Origin: Sphagnum compactum
Taxonomy: Eukaryota
Direction: 5' to 3'
Assembly: GCA_965153455.1 (NCBI GenBank)
Contig: OZ234493.1
Coordinates: 2,170,001-2,234,000, forward strand
DNA: 64,000 nt
Below the pieces are notes generated by a model. That model searched no databases and was not told where the DNA came from. It saw nothing but the letters and a program-made list of their open reading frames with translations. A program made the position numbers and the translations under genes. Shown here one piece after another: positions 9,101-21,300 of the stretch; position 1 is the first letter of the stretch; every line of letters begins with the position of its first letter.

Positions 9101-10632
9101 CTGTTGTTCCTTTCCGCCGGCGGCAGCTTCTTCAACTCCTTGCTTCCTCCGAGTTCGAGTCCAAGTCCTCGCGAACCAACAAGCTTGGAGGTGTGAAGCG
9201 GCAGCGGCGGCGGAGAATCGAGTCTGGAAGAAGTAGGAGATCCGTGCTTGGAGCTCGGTAATGCCGACATTCTGTGCAGATCAGGAAGCCATTCGTGTGC
9301 GTAGTAGACGATGGCGGAGCCGATGAGTTCAGGGCGCATTCCTTTCACGCGGATCGCGTCCATGACATATCCGAAAGACTCGAGACTAAGGCTGGAGATG
9401 TCCTGAAACCACCAGTCTTGAGGAATCTGTTTGCAGGAAACTGCAGAGCTCCATTGAGTACTAGAGGAGGAAGTGGTGCTGGCGGGCGACGCAGCAAGCA
9501 CGCAAGAAGAACAAGACGAACAAGAACAAGAAGAGGAGGAGTAGGACCAGCGGATGCCTCTAGGATCAGTGCAAGCTTTCCATGCCACGGATTCAATGCA
9601 TCTCTTCACAATCTGGAGCTCCTTCGCCCAGGGAAGCAGCTTCACGCAAGTCTGCAGCACTGCGATGGATTTCTTCCATGACGCTAGCACCTCGGAAGTG
9701 AGAAAAGCTTCGGTTCTCGTCACCAGATTGTCCTTCTCGTATTCCTCCGTCATCTCTAGATACTCCGCTGCGCATCGCAGCGCGGCTACGTTGCGTGCTG
9801 TGATCTTCACTGTGATGCCGTAGCAGAATTTCGCAGCTAGCTCGAATGCCACAGCTCCTCCCGGCATGTCGTCCATGTTGATGCAATCCTTCTCGGTATC
9901 CCGCGACTCGAACACCAGTCGGTTCAGCCGCCCGCTCCTTGACAGCAAAGGAAACTGCCTCAAAAGAACGAGATGAGTGGAAACCTTGCGAGACTCTCTG
10001 ACTGAGCTGGTGGAAGAAACACTAGCAGCAAAGCTCTAGAGAGAGAGACAAGATGTTGTACAGTACCTTGTGGAGGTGGAAGCTCATGTCTGCAACTTTC
10101 ACTAGCAAGTCGCTGTCCAGCTCTGTTGCAGCAACCCTGCAAAATGGAGAAAACACGAGACTTCCATCACTGAGCCCAAGAAGAAGCTCAAGCGCAAACT
10201 GACAGATGAATGGGCTTCTTCTTCTGCTTCATCTTCTTCTTCTTCCCTCTCATGCATGATCAGTCGTCTTCTTCCATAGGTTGTTGCAATGGAGATCAAT
10301 GGAAGAGTTTATGTGCGTGTTGCGGGTGCATACCATGTCTGGGCTTTCTTTTCCATTGCTGCGTCGAGCAGCTTCGAGCTGCGTTGCTGCTGGGCAAACA
10401 TGGTAGTGGAGCTGCTGTAGCTGGGTATCTGCTGCGTAGGAGGAGCTGTTGCTGCTGCTGCTGCTGCTGCAGGGGCATTCAATCTGCGCACTGATGATCT
10501 GGGACTCGCCACTGCTACCTCCTGCGACAACGTCTTGGTGGGTTTCATCAGCGGTCCACACCTCCCTCCTGTGAACTGCGCCTCCACCGCTGTAAAACCT
10601 CCGTCCCCTACGTGCCTTGCCATGACCGCCAT
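6167..10632 (-). CDS. NPH3: NPH3/RPT2-like (NRL) BTB/POZ protein, NPH3-type, ~758 aa, 7 exons
   Basis: Exons (minus) 10632-10334, 10136-10067, 9954-8821, 7572-7333, 7152-7024, 6839-6588, 6319-6167; GT-AG, 2277 nt. BTB domain: [32 protein letters not shown]...[19 protein letters not shown]3 domain: [62 protein letters not shown]. Coiled coil, then C-terminal [12 protein letters not shown]...RPWRNSIS*. The start codon is the least certain part. Confidence 0.93.
7966..8464. repeat. Intronic minisatellite, ~50-55-bp unit (AGCATTATGATCATAGGCAGAACWTTGTTGACAAGATCAGCATTCTCAATC), about 9 diverged copies
   Basis: Repeated unit read directly in NPH3 intron 3; it produces the spurious ORF 8113-8382 (HYDHRQN repeats). 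Confidence 0.85.
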
Positions 10633-11163
10633 TGCTGTCAAGCTCCTGCTGCACGTCCTGAATCTTCCGTAACCGTTTCTCTTCTCTTCTCTCTCTCTCT
10701 CTCTCTCTGGGTGCTCTCCAATTCTTACAACTTCCTAAGTAGAGACAAAATGGGATTGGCAGGTGATTGGAGTGTGGAGGTCAACCAAGCCTCACCGATC
10801 ACAACGAGCTCTCCTGAAATCCTGACACGAAATGAACTATAGTTCCACCATTCCAATGCCACCACTCCTCATCTCCAAGAATAGGCGTTTCACTACAAAA
10901 CACAACACCACAACAACAACAACAAAAGACCCGAACTACTACCAGATTTCATCTACTCTTCCTTCCTGTCAAGACAAAGAAAAAACGCAAGAAGAGAGAG
11001 AGAGAGAGAGAGATCAGGAAACCAACCAAACCCACCACCCAAAAACAAAACCCAAATCCAGTTCAGGAAGAAACTTTCCAAGTACTCTACACCACAAACA
11101 ACTCTCAAAGCTCAACCCAGCCTGGGTTGTGGAGAAGATGGGTCCTCCTTCTGTGGAGAGTGT

Positions 11164-11274
11164 CACGTGGGAGGGAGGGGGGAGTACGTTCTGACAGCAG
11201 TCTCGGCTTCTGCGAGCTCCAACTTCCTGCAGTTTGCCTGATTCTTCGATTTTCGTCTGCAGCGCCGCCACGTG
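11164..11274. promoter_or_regulatory. Two G-boxes (CACGTG at 11164-11169 and 11269-11274, the second as GCCACGTG) upstream of NPH3
   Basis: Exact motif matches ~530-640 bp upstream of the NPH3 ATG. G-boxes are common light/ABA elements; function is inferred only. Confidence 0.35.
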
Positions 11275-12599
11275 AGTGAGTGAGTGACAATCTCTTCCTC
11301 TCCATCTTCTTTGCTTTTTCTTTTTCTATTTCGGCTTCTGATTCTGCTTCTGATTCTTTTTATATTCTGATTCTGATTCTCCGTCTGATTCTTTTACTGT
11401 CTGCTTCTGATTCTTTTACTTTCTGCTTCTGAGTCTTCTTCTGATGATTCTTTTTTTGCATTCTGATTCTGATTCTTCTTCTGGTTCTTTTTATATTCTG
11501 CTTTTGATCCTTGTCACTTGGTAAATCATCATCGTCAGGCTCCTATTACTATTACAGTGGACTCATTCATTCACAGCAATAGAAACATTCACATCAGGGG
11601 AAAAAAAAAATTTGGATGATTGCCACTTTGGGTACCTACATCATAAAATTGGCAACCCAAAAAAATGCACACTGTGAATTCATCCTGGGTTGAATATAGG
11701 TGGTAGATTCTAAGAAGAATATAGGCCTCCCTCAAGAAGGTGAAGGTACCAGTGAAGGTGCTGGTTCCCCCCAGCCAGCCACTACAATACTACCATCTTG
11801 CTAAAATTCTTCTTCTCCTTTACAATCCTTACTAAAATAGTACTCACAATAGTGCTACAATTCTTCTTCTTCTTCTTCTTCTTCTTCTGCTTCTTCTTCT
11901 CTCTGTCATCTACCAAACACCTACCAAACAGCAACAGCCAAAAAAAAACATTCATCATCAATCACTGAAAGAAAGCATGCAAATCTTTTGGGATGCAGTT
12001 GTTAGTTTCTGTATTTCCTAATAGAAGATACCCAACAACAACAAGGTTTTTTTTTTTTTTTTTGTGGCCATGTCTTGTAGAAAACAAACAACAAATAAAC
12101 AACAAGAAGTTAAAACAAAAATACAAGCAAGCAGCTCTGCCAACCATGTATAGTAGTAGGAGGGCATAGTGCACAAGCAAGCATCCTATCTTGAATCTAA
12201 AACAGAGACATTTCTAAGTATGTAAGTTATAGGAATTTAGCTTTAGGCAAAGGATATGGAATAAAATATGATGTTATTGAGAGCAACTCGAGGAATTCAT
12301 TTGAAACATCAAGGAATGCTTTACAATTTTGTTGGGTGCTTAGATGATGGAATTTTTGTTGCTATAAATATATATATTTGATCGCATGTATGAAAGCTTA
12401 AGTTGCACCGTCACTGAGACATCAACTCATACATACAATTACACTCTTCTCTGGCAAGTGTTAAGCTTTGTTGTGACTTTCACTTTTTTTCTCTCTAAAC
12501 TTTATCCATTGAACCTACCTTTATTACTTCTTCTTCCACCCTATACTTGCTCAAAAGCAATTCCCACAATGCCTCTATCCCAAGTTTTCAGGACAAAGT

Positions 12600-12800
12600 T
12601 AACAACAATAACAAGAAGAAGTTAAGTTTTGGATTAAGTTTTGGATTTGATATAAAAAAGCACTCAACCACAAACAAAAAGAAGTTAAGTTTTGGATTTG
12701 ATATAAAAAGAACTCAACCACAAACAACAAGAAGTTAAGTTTTGGATTTGATGAAAAAAAAAAAAAGCACCCAACCCACAAACAACAAGAAGTTAGTTTT
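12600..12800. repeat. Tandem repeat, ~50-55-bp unit (AAGAAGTTAAGTTTTGGATTTGATATAAAAAAGCACTCAACCACAAAC), 3-4 copies
   Basis: Direct reading of the repeated units. Confidence 0.75.
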
Positions 12801-14199
12801 TCAAGATTTAATATGGAAAACACCCAACAACAACAACAACAACAAGAGCCTCCTCATCCTCACAAGCCCCCCTCCCAAGCTCCCCTCCATCATCATCATC
12901 ATCATCATCAATGAATGCATGCTTTTTGGGGGGATCAATTCTATTTCTGGATTTTATAGACCACCCAGCAGAGCAGAGCAGAACAGAGTAAACCAGAGCA
13001 GCAGCAACAACAAACCTATCATCAATCAGTGAATGAGTTTTTCTGGAATTTTATATCCCAGTAAGCAAGATTGCAATTTTTGGGAGATTGAGAGGGATTT
13101 GACAATGAATGTTCTCTCTGCATCATATGCAGTTATTGGCTTTTCCTAGAGGGAAGGAAGGAAGGAAGAGAGACTCCATATCAGTATAGGATTTTGCTTT
13201 TGTTTTGGTGTTTTTTGTAATCAAATTGTGTAACCATGTTTTTTTACATACATGGGTTTCATTCATTTTGTTTCTTGTGATTTTTGTTTGAACTTGTCAT
13301 AAAGGACAAAGCCATTACCTGATGAGTTGAGTTGCTTCTTGTTGACATAATACAACATAATCAATACTCTGAGCTTTTTTCTGGACCAACTATAAAAGCC
13401 AGTGATTTTTCATGATCCATCAACTCTTCACCATATTATTATCAGCAGTACCTAATTGTTATCCTACTTTGCTATTCTTAGATAATTTTGGCTTATAGAA
13501 AACAACAACAATATTACCTTTTTTTTAGCCTCTGAAAAATGTAAATATGAATCTGGGTACAATAATTTCTGGTGGGTGTCTTTCACACTCATCAATCAGG
13601 CTTTGGTTTTCCATAGATATGTCATGTGATAATGACAATAATGATAATGAGAATGATGATGATGATGATGATGATGTGAGTGTCTCTTTTACACAACAAT
13701 ATAATAAGGTTATATGCTATCAATTACTCAGGAAATCACTCTCATCTTCTTCTAAATGACCTACAAAGAAATATGAGGTGCAACAAATTACTTCATTAGG
13801 AAGTAGAGATTATAATTTACTTAAAATATAATTGAAATATTTATCAATTCTAATGAAATGTTCTTGCAATAATTTCATTATTTCATAGCATAGCACAAAA
13901 AAATTAAAAATTGTCTCTTTATCTCAAGTTGTTCCAATATATATATACTTGAAGAGAGACCTCCCCAAGATCAATTGTGACACATATTTTTGTTGAGTAA
14001 GCGATACTTGACAAAGCCATGAGATTCATGACACATCTACATGTGGGTTCATCCATTTTAGTGTGTATTTTGAAATTATTTTAGTATGGGATTATATGAG
14101 CCAAGACCCACCAATGGACCATCCATCCATGCATTGGAAACCCATTATGTTTCACTTCTAGATGAACCACAAATGAGTTAAGAAAACACATTCATCAAA

Positions 14200-16620
14200 T
14201 GTCAATTGTGTTAAAGCCCTTCCTTTGCCAGAACCATGTTGTGAGATGAAGTAGCGAATGAAACCAAATCTACTCAACTGGAATCAACAATGACAACATT
14301 GGTTAAAGTGCAAATGCCATTAGCTATTACATGATGTTAACCCATCGACGAAAAAATTGAAAAGAGGGCAATAGAAGGACATGGGTTTTGCTCACATGAA
14401 ACCATGTGTCTTTCACAATGGAGGTAAAAGCATCTTGAACAGCATTGTGAGATGCAATCCATTCCCCACCATGGGAGCAACAAAGGAAGTGGGTTCCCAC
14501 TAAATTTAGAGGTTGACCACAAATGTAATGAATCACCCTCAGAGTTAAAGGATGGGGAGGCCCAACCTAGTGCGCAACACATAACAGAAAACATCTAAGG
14601 CCAAATGAAAAGAAATAATGACCAAGTGAGCAAAAAGTCATGCACTCACCTTTGGGCCTGCACAAGACTTCACATGCACGTGGTGAGAATTAAAAATCAT
14701 CTATAAAATGATGTTAGAGAAGGAATGGTCATGCGATTTGTTTGAAATGTTCTCTTGAAATCAATCTACTCCCTTCTTTACAAATTGCCCAAAAAGGGGA
14801 ACATAAGCCACCACATCTAGGGGAAAGAGTTCATGTGCCAACCTAAAATGTGTTTCTAAAGAGAACAAACCAAAATTGTTGACATCTATTGCTTCCAATA
14901 AGAACGGGTGATGATCCGATCAAAATCTAGGGGCAATGATAAGTGTAACAAATGCCCAGCTCCCTAAATAAGTTGTTGACATAATGAACTTTGTGGAAAT
15001 GAAGCCAAATCCCCCCACAAGAAATGAGGGAAAAAAACCTATTGGCGCACCAAGAGGGCATGTGGGCAATCCAAAGAGCCTAGGCCCAAAAGTTTCCAAA
15101 AATCTTGCATGAAAGTTGTGTCAAAAGAGGCAAGGTGAAGCCAAAAGATCGATAAGGGGGAATAATATAACAAGTAATAAGGTCTCTAGGTGAAACACCA
15201 AGAAAGGATCCCAAAAGCTAACTGGACATCCCCTAACCTCGAAAGCAGATCTACATAACAAACATCCTCATCTAATGTGTCTTGTAAAAAAATAATAATA
15301 AGCATATCCAAATGAGATACCCAAAACCTTAATGTTGTCCAAAGGGCAACAAAAATTGGTAGGAGTATAGAAGTTTAAAAGTAAACCGAAAGGTGACCAA
15401 ATCATGCACTTGCGGGGCTAGACCATAGGCCCCACATAAGCCAACTAAGAAATGAAATGTTCAGAACCAAAAGGAACAACAAAGGCAAGGCCAATGATGT
15501 GAGTGTCATCAACAAGGGAAGGGAAAATACAATAAGGAAAACCCCCACATAACATCATAATGCACAAAAGTGGGCAAGAACAAAAAAAAAGGCATAGCGA
15601 GTAGATTATCTTAACACGTGCCCACCAATGAATGGATGATAAACATCTTTCCCAAAAGAGAATGGTGGCTAAAAAAAAAGGAACCTGATGGCCATAGAAA
15701 GACCAAATAAAAGGAAAAAACTAAGACAATTGGCTTCATGTCATGCGAAACTTTTAGAAGATGGCTTTCCAAGAGATGGTGTTGAACATTTTTGTGATGT
15801 CCACCTACAACACCACCCAATTGAAATGCACATTTAAAGCAGCACAAAAACCATGAACCACTATCTCGCACCCACCCCTAATTACCACACCAAAGTGATG
15901 AAATGACAAATGAGTGGAAAAAACATCACAAAAGTACAAATATAATTTTTTGCTCACCAATCCGCACAAAACCTCACCTACTATAAATTAAATGCCTCTT
16001 TAAGGTTTAGCAAAAGCCAACAACATGGCAACACCAAGAGGTCAAACAATGGACCCTAAGATATGATGTGTAATGACATGGGAACTCACCTAAAAGAGTT
16101 ACGAATAGTTGTTGGTTGATTCCCCAAGGTCAAAAAGGTCTCGAAATTGCTTGAAACCATTCATGAAAAACCACCAATTGATGTGGCAATTGAGTGAAAG
16201 TTGTTTTAAATGAATCTAAAAACAACTCCAAATCCAAGTTGAACTAAAAATCCACCATGCAGTCCATGCAAAGAGAAGTCAATTCCAACGAGTGAAACGT
16301 TTACAAAACATTAATAATCTCTGAAGAGGATGGGACCATGGAAAAGGGTAAAGGCCTTAGCAACATAAACATACTCCCCAACATGTCTTAGGTTAAGACT
16401 TTGTCCAAGCTGATATGGCGAAGGTGGAACCAAAACCTAAAAGGTGCTTAAAGGAGTGTTAGCCAAGGTGGCTTGAACTAGAGAAATAACCACCACAAAC
16501 GCTTGTGCTTGAAGAACATGTTCCGCTAGAAATCCTCCCAATTGCATACTAAAAATGGTCACAAAAAAGTTTTAATCTCCATATGACATGTTGCACCATC
16601 ACGAGAGAGGGCATCACAAA
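14200..16620 (-). mobile_element. Decayed non-LTR retrotransposon of the CRE/R2-like group (RT, CCHC finger and C-terminal restriction-like endonuclease)
   Basis: Minus-strand remnants: IVGEVF (~15970), HHFGV (~15890), FPSLVDDTHIIG (RT catalytic-motif variant, ~15490-15530), YICGQPLNLVGTHFLCCSHGGEWIASHNAVQDAF (zinc knuckle), RRWVNIM...GICTLTNVVIVD (PD-D/E-like endonuclease). Many stops and frameshifts; boundaries approximate. Confidence 0.75.
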
Positions 16621-16645
16621 CTTCCCATCCTACAATTTGATAATG

Positions 16646-17346
16646 GAAATCGTGAAAAAAATCAATTTTTCACGATTTCGTGGTTTTTGCACACAAATGT
16701 CGTGTGTTTAAAACAAATATGATGCATGTATAAGTAGGATGAAATATTTCTCATTTTTCAAACTTTGTGACAAGTATTATTTTGGTCCAAATATATTCAT
16801 CTTTTGTTGACTAAATTTTTTTTTAATAAATCAAGTTCCAAACTTTTCAAATCGCCCCAAAGTTCACAATATTGTCAACAAATTTGGTGTACACATCTTG
16901 TCACAATTCCGAAATGCAAAAAATATAATTTTGACAACAATTGTTGGGGACTAATGTGTTTATGCCCTTAAGTGGTTAACTTCTAGTAGTTTTGAAACCC
17001 ATGTAGATTGAAGTTGATGTTTTCTAAAAACTAGAGACACCCATGTTGTGCCATATTTTATTTTCCAATAGAAGTTTCCCTTTGTTTGCTAACATCACAA
17101 ACTTACCAACTTCATTGGTTCATTCAAAATTTGCATGAAATCTATTATTTCATGGGTTCATATTTTTTACATACAAATGTTGTGCATTTAAAACACATAT
17201 GATGCACATATAAGTAAGATCAAATATTTTCAAATGGTTGAAAGTATTTCATCCTACTTATATGTTCATCATAGATGTTTTAGATGCACAACATCCATGT
17301 GTGAAAAACCCAAATTTATGAAAGAATGATTTTCACATGATTTCCC
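16646..17346. repeat. MITE-like arm (16646-16760) plus a ~210-bp imperfect palindrome (~17130-17346) of the same family
   Basis: CAAATGTTGTGCATTTAAAACACATATGATGCACATATAAGTAAGATCAAATATTT is followed by its near reverse complement, centred near 17235; a direct copy of the arm lies at ~16690-16750. Confidence 0.7.
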
Positions 17347-17349
17347 TTA

Positions 17350-18330
17350 TCAAATTATGGGATGGGAAGTTTGTGATGAATGTCCAATACACATCAAGCT
17401 ATAAGGTTTGAATGTCATTTTGAATGTTTTGAAGCATGCAACATCAAGAGGTTGCAATGTGCGGCTTATAGGTGCTTGTAAAATAATCAAATCCAACCCC
17501 AGCCGCCTTGCTTTTTGCACAACATCTATCAAGTAATTGTGAATTGTGGTCATCTAAATTAAGCAAGTGATAGTTAGTTGTACACAAATTACCTTTGTGT
17601 GCTTCAACATAAGATGTGAAACCCATTTGTCAAAAATTGGTTGTCATCTAGTCTTTGGGTTGTAAAACCACTATAGTTTTAAATTCACACCTCTTAATAA
17701 AAGTTGGTTTGAATTACTTACTTTTGAATATATAAAATTTTGGAAGTGAGTCTCTTTTTGCATTGATGCAAGACAACATGAACAACCAGTCTTTCTTGTG
17801 ATGTAATATAATTGAATGCATAGATTTGGAGCATGTCCTAGTTAAAGCAAGATCACGTCTATTTTTCCCAACTTTGTGATGCAATGTAAATTTATCTTAA
17901 GTTTGTGTAAAATGTTTCAACATTTTTTGGCAAAGATCTTTCACACATCCTACCTCCAAACCTTGGGCACCTTTTCAATGATAGGTCAAGATTACATTTC
18001 CTAAACCATTTAAATCAACCCCACCTTAGAATCCAATTCTTAGAGGGCATACTCTTCTCTAGTGTAATCTTTATCACCTTTTATCTCAATTGTGTGAATG
18101 TGATTGGATACCCAATTGTCTACATGATACATCTTCTTCAAATTGGGCAAATTTTTCCTCCTTCAACCATTTGTGTAATTTTCCTACTTTTTTAGATTAT
18201 GTAAGCCATATAGCTAATTTTGTAGCAATGTGACAAACACACCCCACATTTGGCTTGCAATTTACGTCTTGGAGCCACCTTTGATAGCCTCCATTGTTAC
18301 ATTCAAATTTGCATCATTCCAATTCCCATT
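17350..18330 (-). mobile_element. Decayed pogo-like (Tc1/mariner superfamily, CENP-B HTH plus DDE_1) transposase pseudogene
   Basis: Minus-strand remnants KWFRKCNLDLSLK..AQGLEVG, LSCINAKRDSLPKFYIFK, HLLNLDDHNS (cf. LLILDGHxSH) and TLQPLDVACFKTFK (cf. LQPLDVxxFKPFK); frameshifted. Confidence 0.8.
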
Positions 18331-21300
18331 TTTTCCCAAATGATTCATTCCCAAGTATCAAATCAACCTGTAAGATCCCATTGTAGTTCTTTAGACCTAC
18401 TATGTGGATGCCACTAGGCATTGACCCACCTTGCTTACTTGGTCAACTTATTTTCAGAGTGGCATTCACATCCCCATCATGGTCACCATTTCCTATAACT
18501 TGGTTCAATTACAAATGGCTAATGTTGATTGATGTTGGGTCTACTGGAAGATTTGTCACATCACATTAATGGGCTAGTTGGCTTGATCACAACTAGCCCC
18601 TAGCCACTTTTGACCATTCAACCTTTGGAAATCAAATAATAAATTGACAAGTGGCATAGGACGTTATATCACAACAAGTGGGGTGAATGTTCACACTATG
18701 CACACTTGAACTCTTCCCTTTTGTACTATAATGAATTACACATTAAATCCTCAATGTTTTGATTACGAAACAAATCATGCAATTCTATGTTAGGTAGTAA
18801 TCAAAACATTTGACTTTCTTTAACCATGTGACCCATTCTCTTTCCCATCCTTGTCCCTTGTGGCAATTTCACATAAAGCAATATCATGTTCAGTTTGTTG
18901 TTCTCTACATGCAAAATGAACAATTTGTACCACATTCTATGCTAGTCCCTAAGCCAAATTCAAATCAATTTTGCACGAAACTCAAATTCTAACAATAATT
19001 AGCCCTTTTGTGAGTTATGCTTGACTCAATAGTAATTACATGATGGTTGATACTATATCACAATGTTAACATTAAACAACCGTTATTTTATCTTAGAGAT
19101 GTTTGCAACACACTCTAACATTGCTTCCATTCACATGCATGTGATCTCTACCTTAATGAATATAGTTAATTTTATAAGTGCATTATGGAAAAAAATGTGG
19201 CTTGGATTTAACCTTATTTTTATTTTTATTAATTTTCCATTTAAGGTTCAATGAACAACTAATTTAAGCACAAACATAGGTGCATGCATGAGAAGGGGAA
19301 TAAGTTGTCCATTTTACAATGTGGTTAATAAATGGTGAATTTGTGTTGTTATATTCAATGTCACTATTTTATCATTTTCATCAATATCATCAAAGTCTAT
19401 TGGCCCAATTGTGATAAACTCTAGCTTGTTTGAATCATGACTTCCCCAAAATACTAGAATCAATTTTTTTAATTTTTTTTCTAATTTTCTACTATTATTC
19501 TAGGATGGTATAAAACATGTATTTCTGAGCAATGACTCAAGGCAATATAAAAATGTCATTCTTTGATTCACCACCTAAACCATATATGGAACTAGTTAAA
19601 GGTTTTTCAATGCCAACTCCTTTTGTAACATTTCCAATATGACATGCATTTTAATGGATCCTTTGTCCAATGATACATCTCACATTGCATTTGAACAACC
19701 ATCTCAAGTTCATTAATATCCTTGCTTTATGTGATATTTCATTTGCACACATCAAGTACTTTGATGCTAATCATTTTTTGGAGTAAAATCTTGAGAAGTA
19801 TTTAAAACTAAGGTTGAACTATGAATAGGTGTTCAAATTTTACTTTTAATTTAAAGTACATTTATGGTAGGTCTTATCATTGTTACAACTATTCCTTGGC
19901 CTATTAATTCCCAATTGTTTTACAACATCATTCCGTTCTTCGAAAGTTATATACATGACTCGTTGACCCAATTGAATTTCAATTGTTGATTTACCTTGAA
20001 ATGTTCATTTGTCATAACCATGATATCGTATTGGTTTTCATCATCCTCTCTTGAATTACTGACATGTCATTAGCATGCCAAAAAACATAATTTTCCATTC
20101 CAACACATGAATGCTTGAATGCTTATTAAATCCAAGTTCCAAAATTGACACACTTGCTTTGATCAATTTGTTATTAGATATTTATATCAATTGTTATTTA
20201 ACTCAACTAGCACTTCCCAATTTATGTACATCACGTAATGCATACATCTTAATTGACATTTCATTTTATTTTTATTTTTGGTTGATACATACTAAAACGT
20301 GTTTGCTTCTACAATATTTAGCATATTGACCATTAAGCATTCATAGTTTTAGGACAAAGGAGTATAAAACTTTTATCCCACACTCCATCAAAAATGTAAT
20401 CTCTATGGGACAAATAAGTGAAATAAGATGAATTATTTAAATTAAAATTCTATGTTGGTGTTGATTTTTCATATGCTTGGTTTTGTCCATCCTGACAAAT
20501 TATTTGCTCCAAAACTTGAAAATGCTTTCAACAAGTTTATAATGGACTTGATAAATTTTTGCATTATTATTTCCCACACATGTGACTAGCAAATATTGGG
20601 CCTGCAAAATGAATGGAACCAATTTTCCAAATGACCGAAAAAAAAATCCTTTTCTTTCTAGCCCTAAATTTTTTTGGTAGCTAGGTTCAAAATCCTTGTA
20701 TGATGTATGTTTTAATCAAGTGCATCCAATGAACATCATTTAACATACATGTGGATGTTGTTTATCCACAAATGGTCTAAATATAGTCAAACAACAAAAA
20801 GGGTGTTGGATCACAACAAAAACTATAAACAATTGTATATATGTTTATCATTTGAAAGTTCTGGTAATCATTGACAAGTTGTGCTAAATGATCAACATGA
20901 GTGGATGAAATTCAATTTAAATATGTGTTAATTTAATTCTAGGTTTCAGTTTGAATTTTAAGGTCTATTGAATTCAATAACATTAGTGGTGAATAATGTC
21001 CATTTGCATTTTTAGGCTCTTCAATTTCCTTAAGTTCAATCCTTTTGTGAACCCCAATTGTGAATAGGCATATTAGTGCTTCAAAACATTTGCCTCATGA
21101 TATTAATTGATACATATATGTATGCACTTGTAAGAACACCTACTATTGTTACTTTGGTTTCATCTATTGTGTCTTGCATATGCACCCATGCAAACATGTA
21201 ATAGCTTGTGTCTTTTGTGCTTGTAGAATATGTTAAATGGTTTTTTTCCCCCTTTTGCCACTTGATACTTTATCTTCGAATGATGTTTAATTGTTGGTTT

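Noticed and set aside
8873-9823. Plus-strand ORFs overlapping NPH3 exon 3
   Set aside because: Antisense shadows of a GC-rich coding exon.
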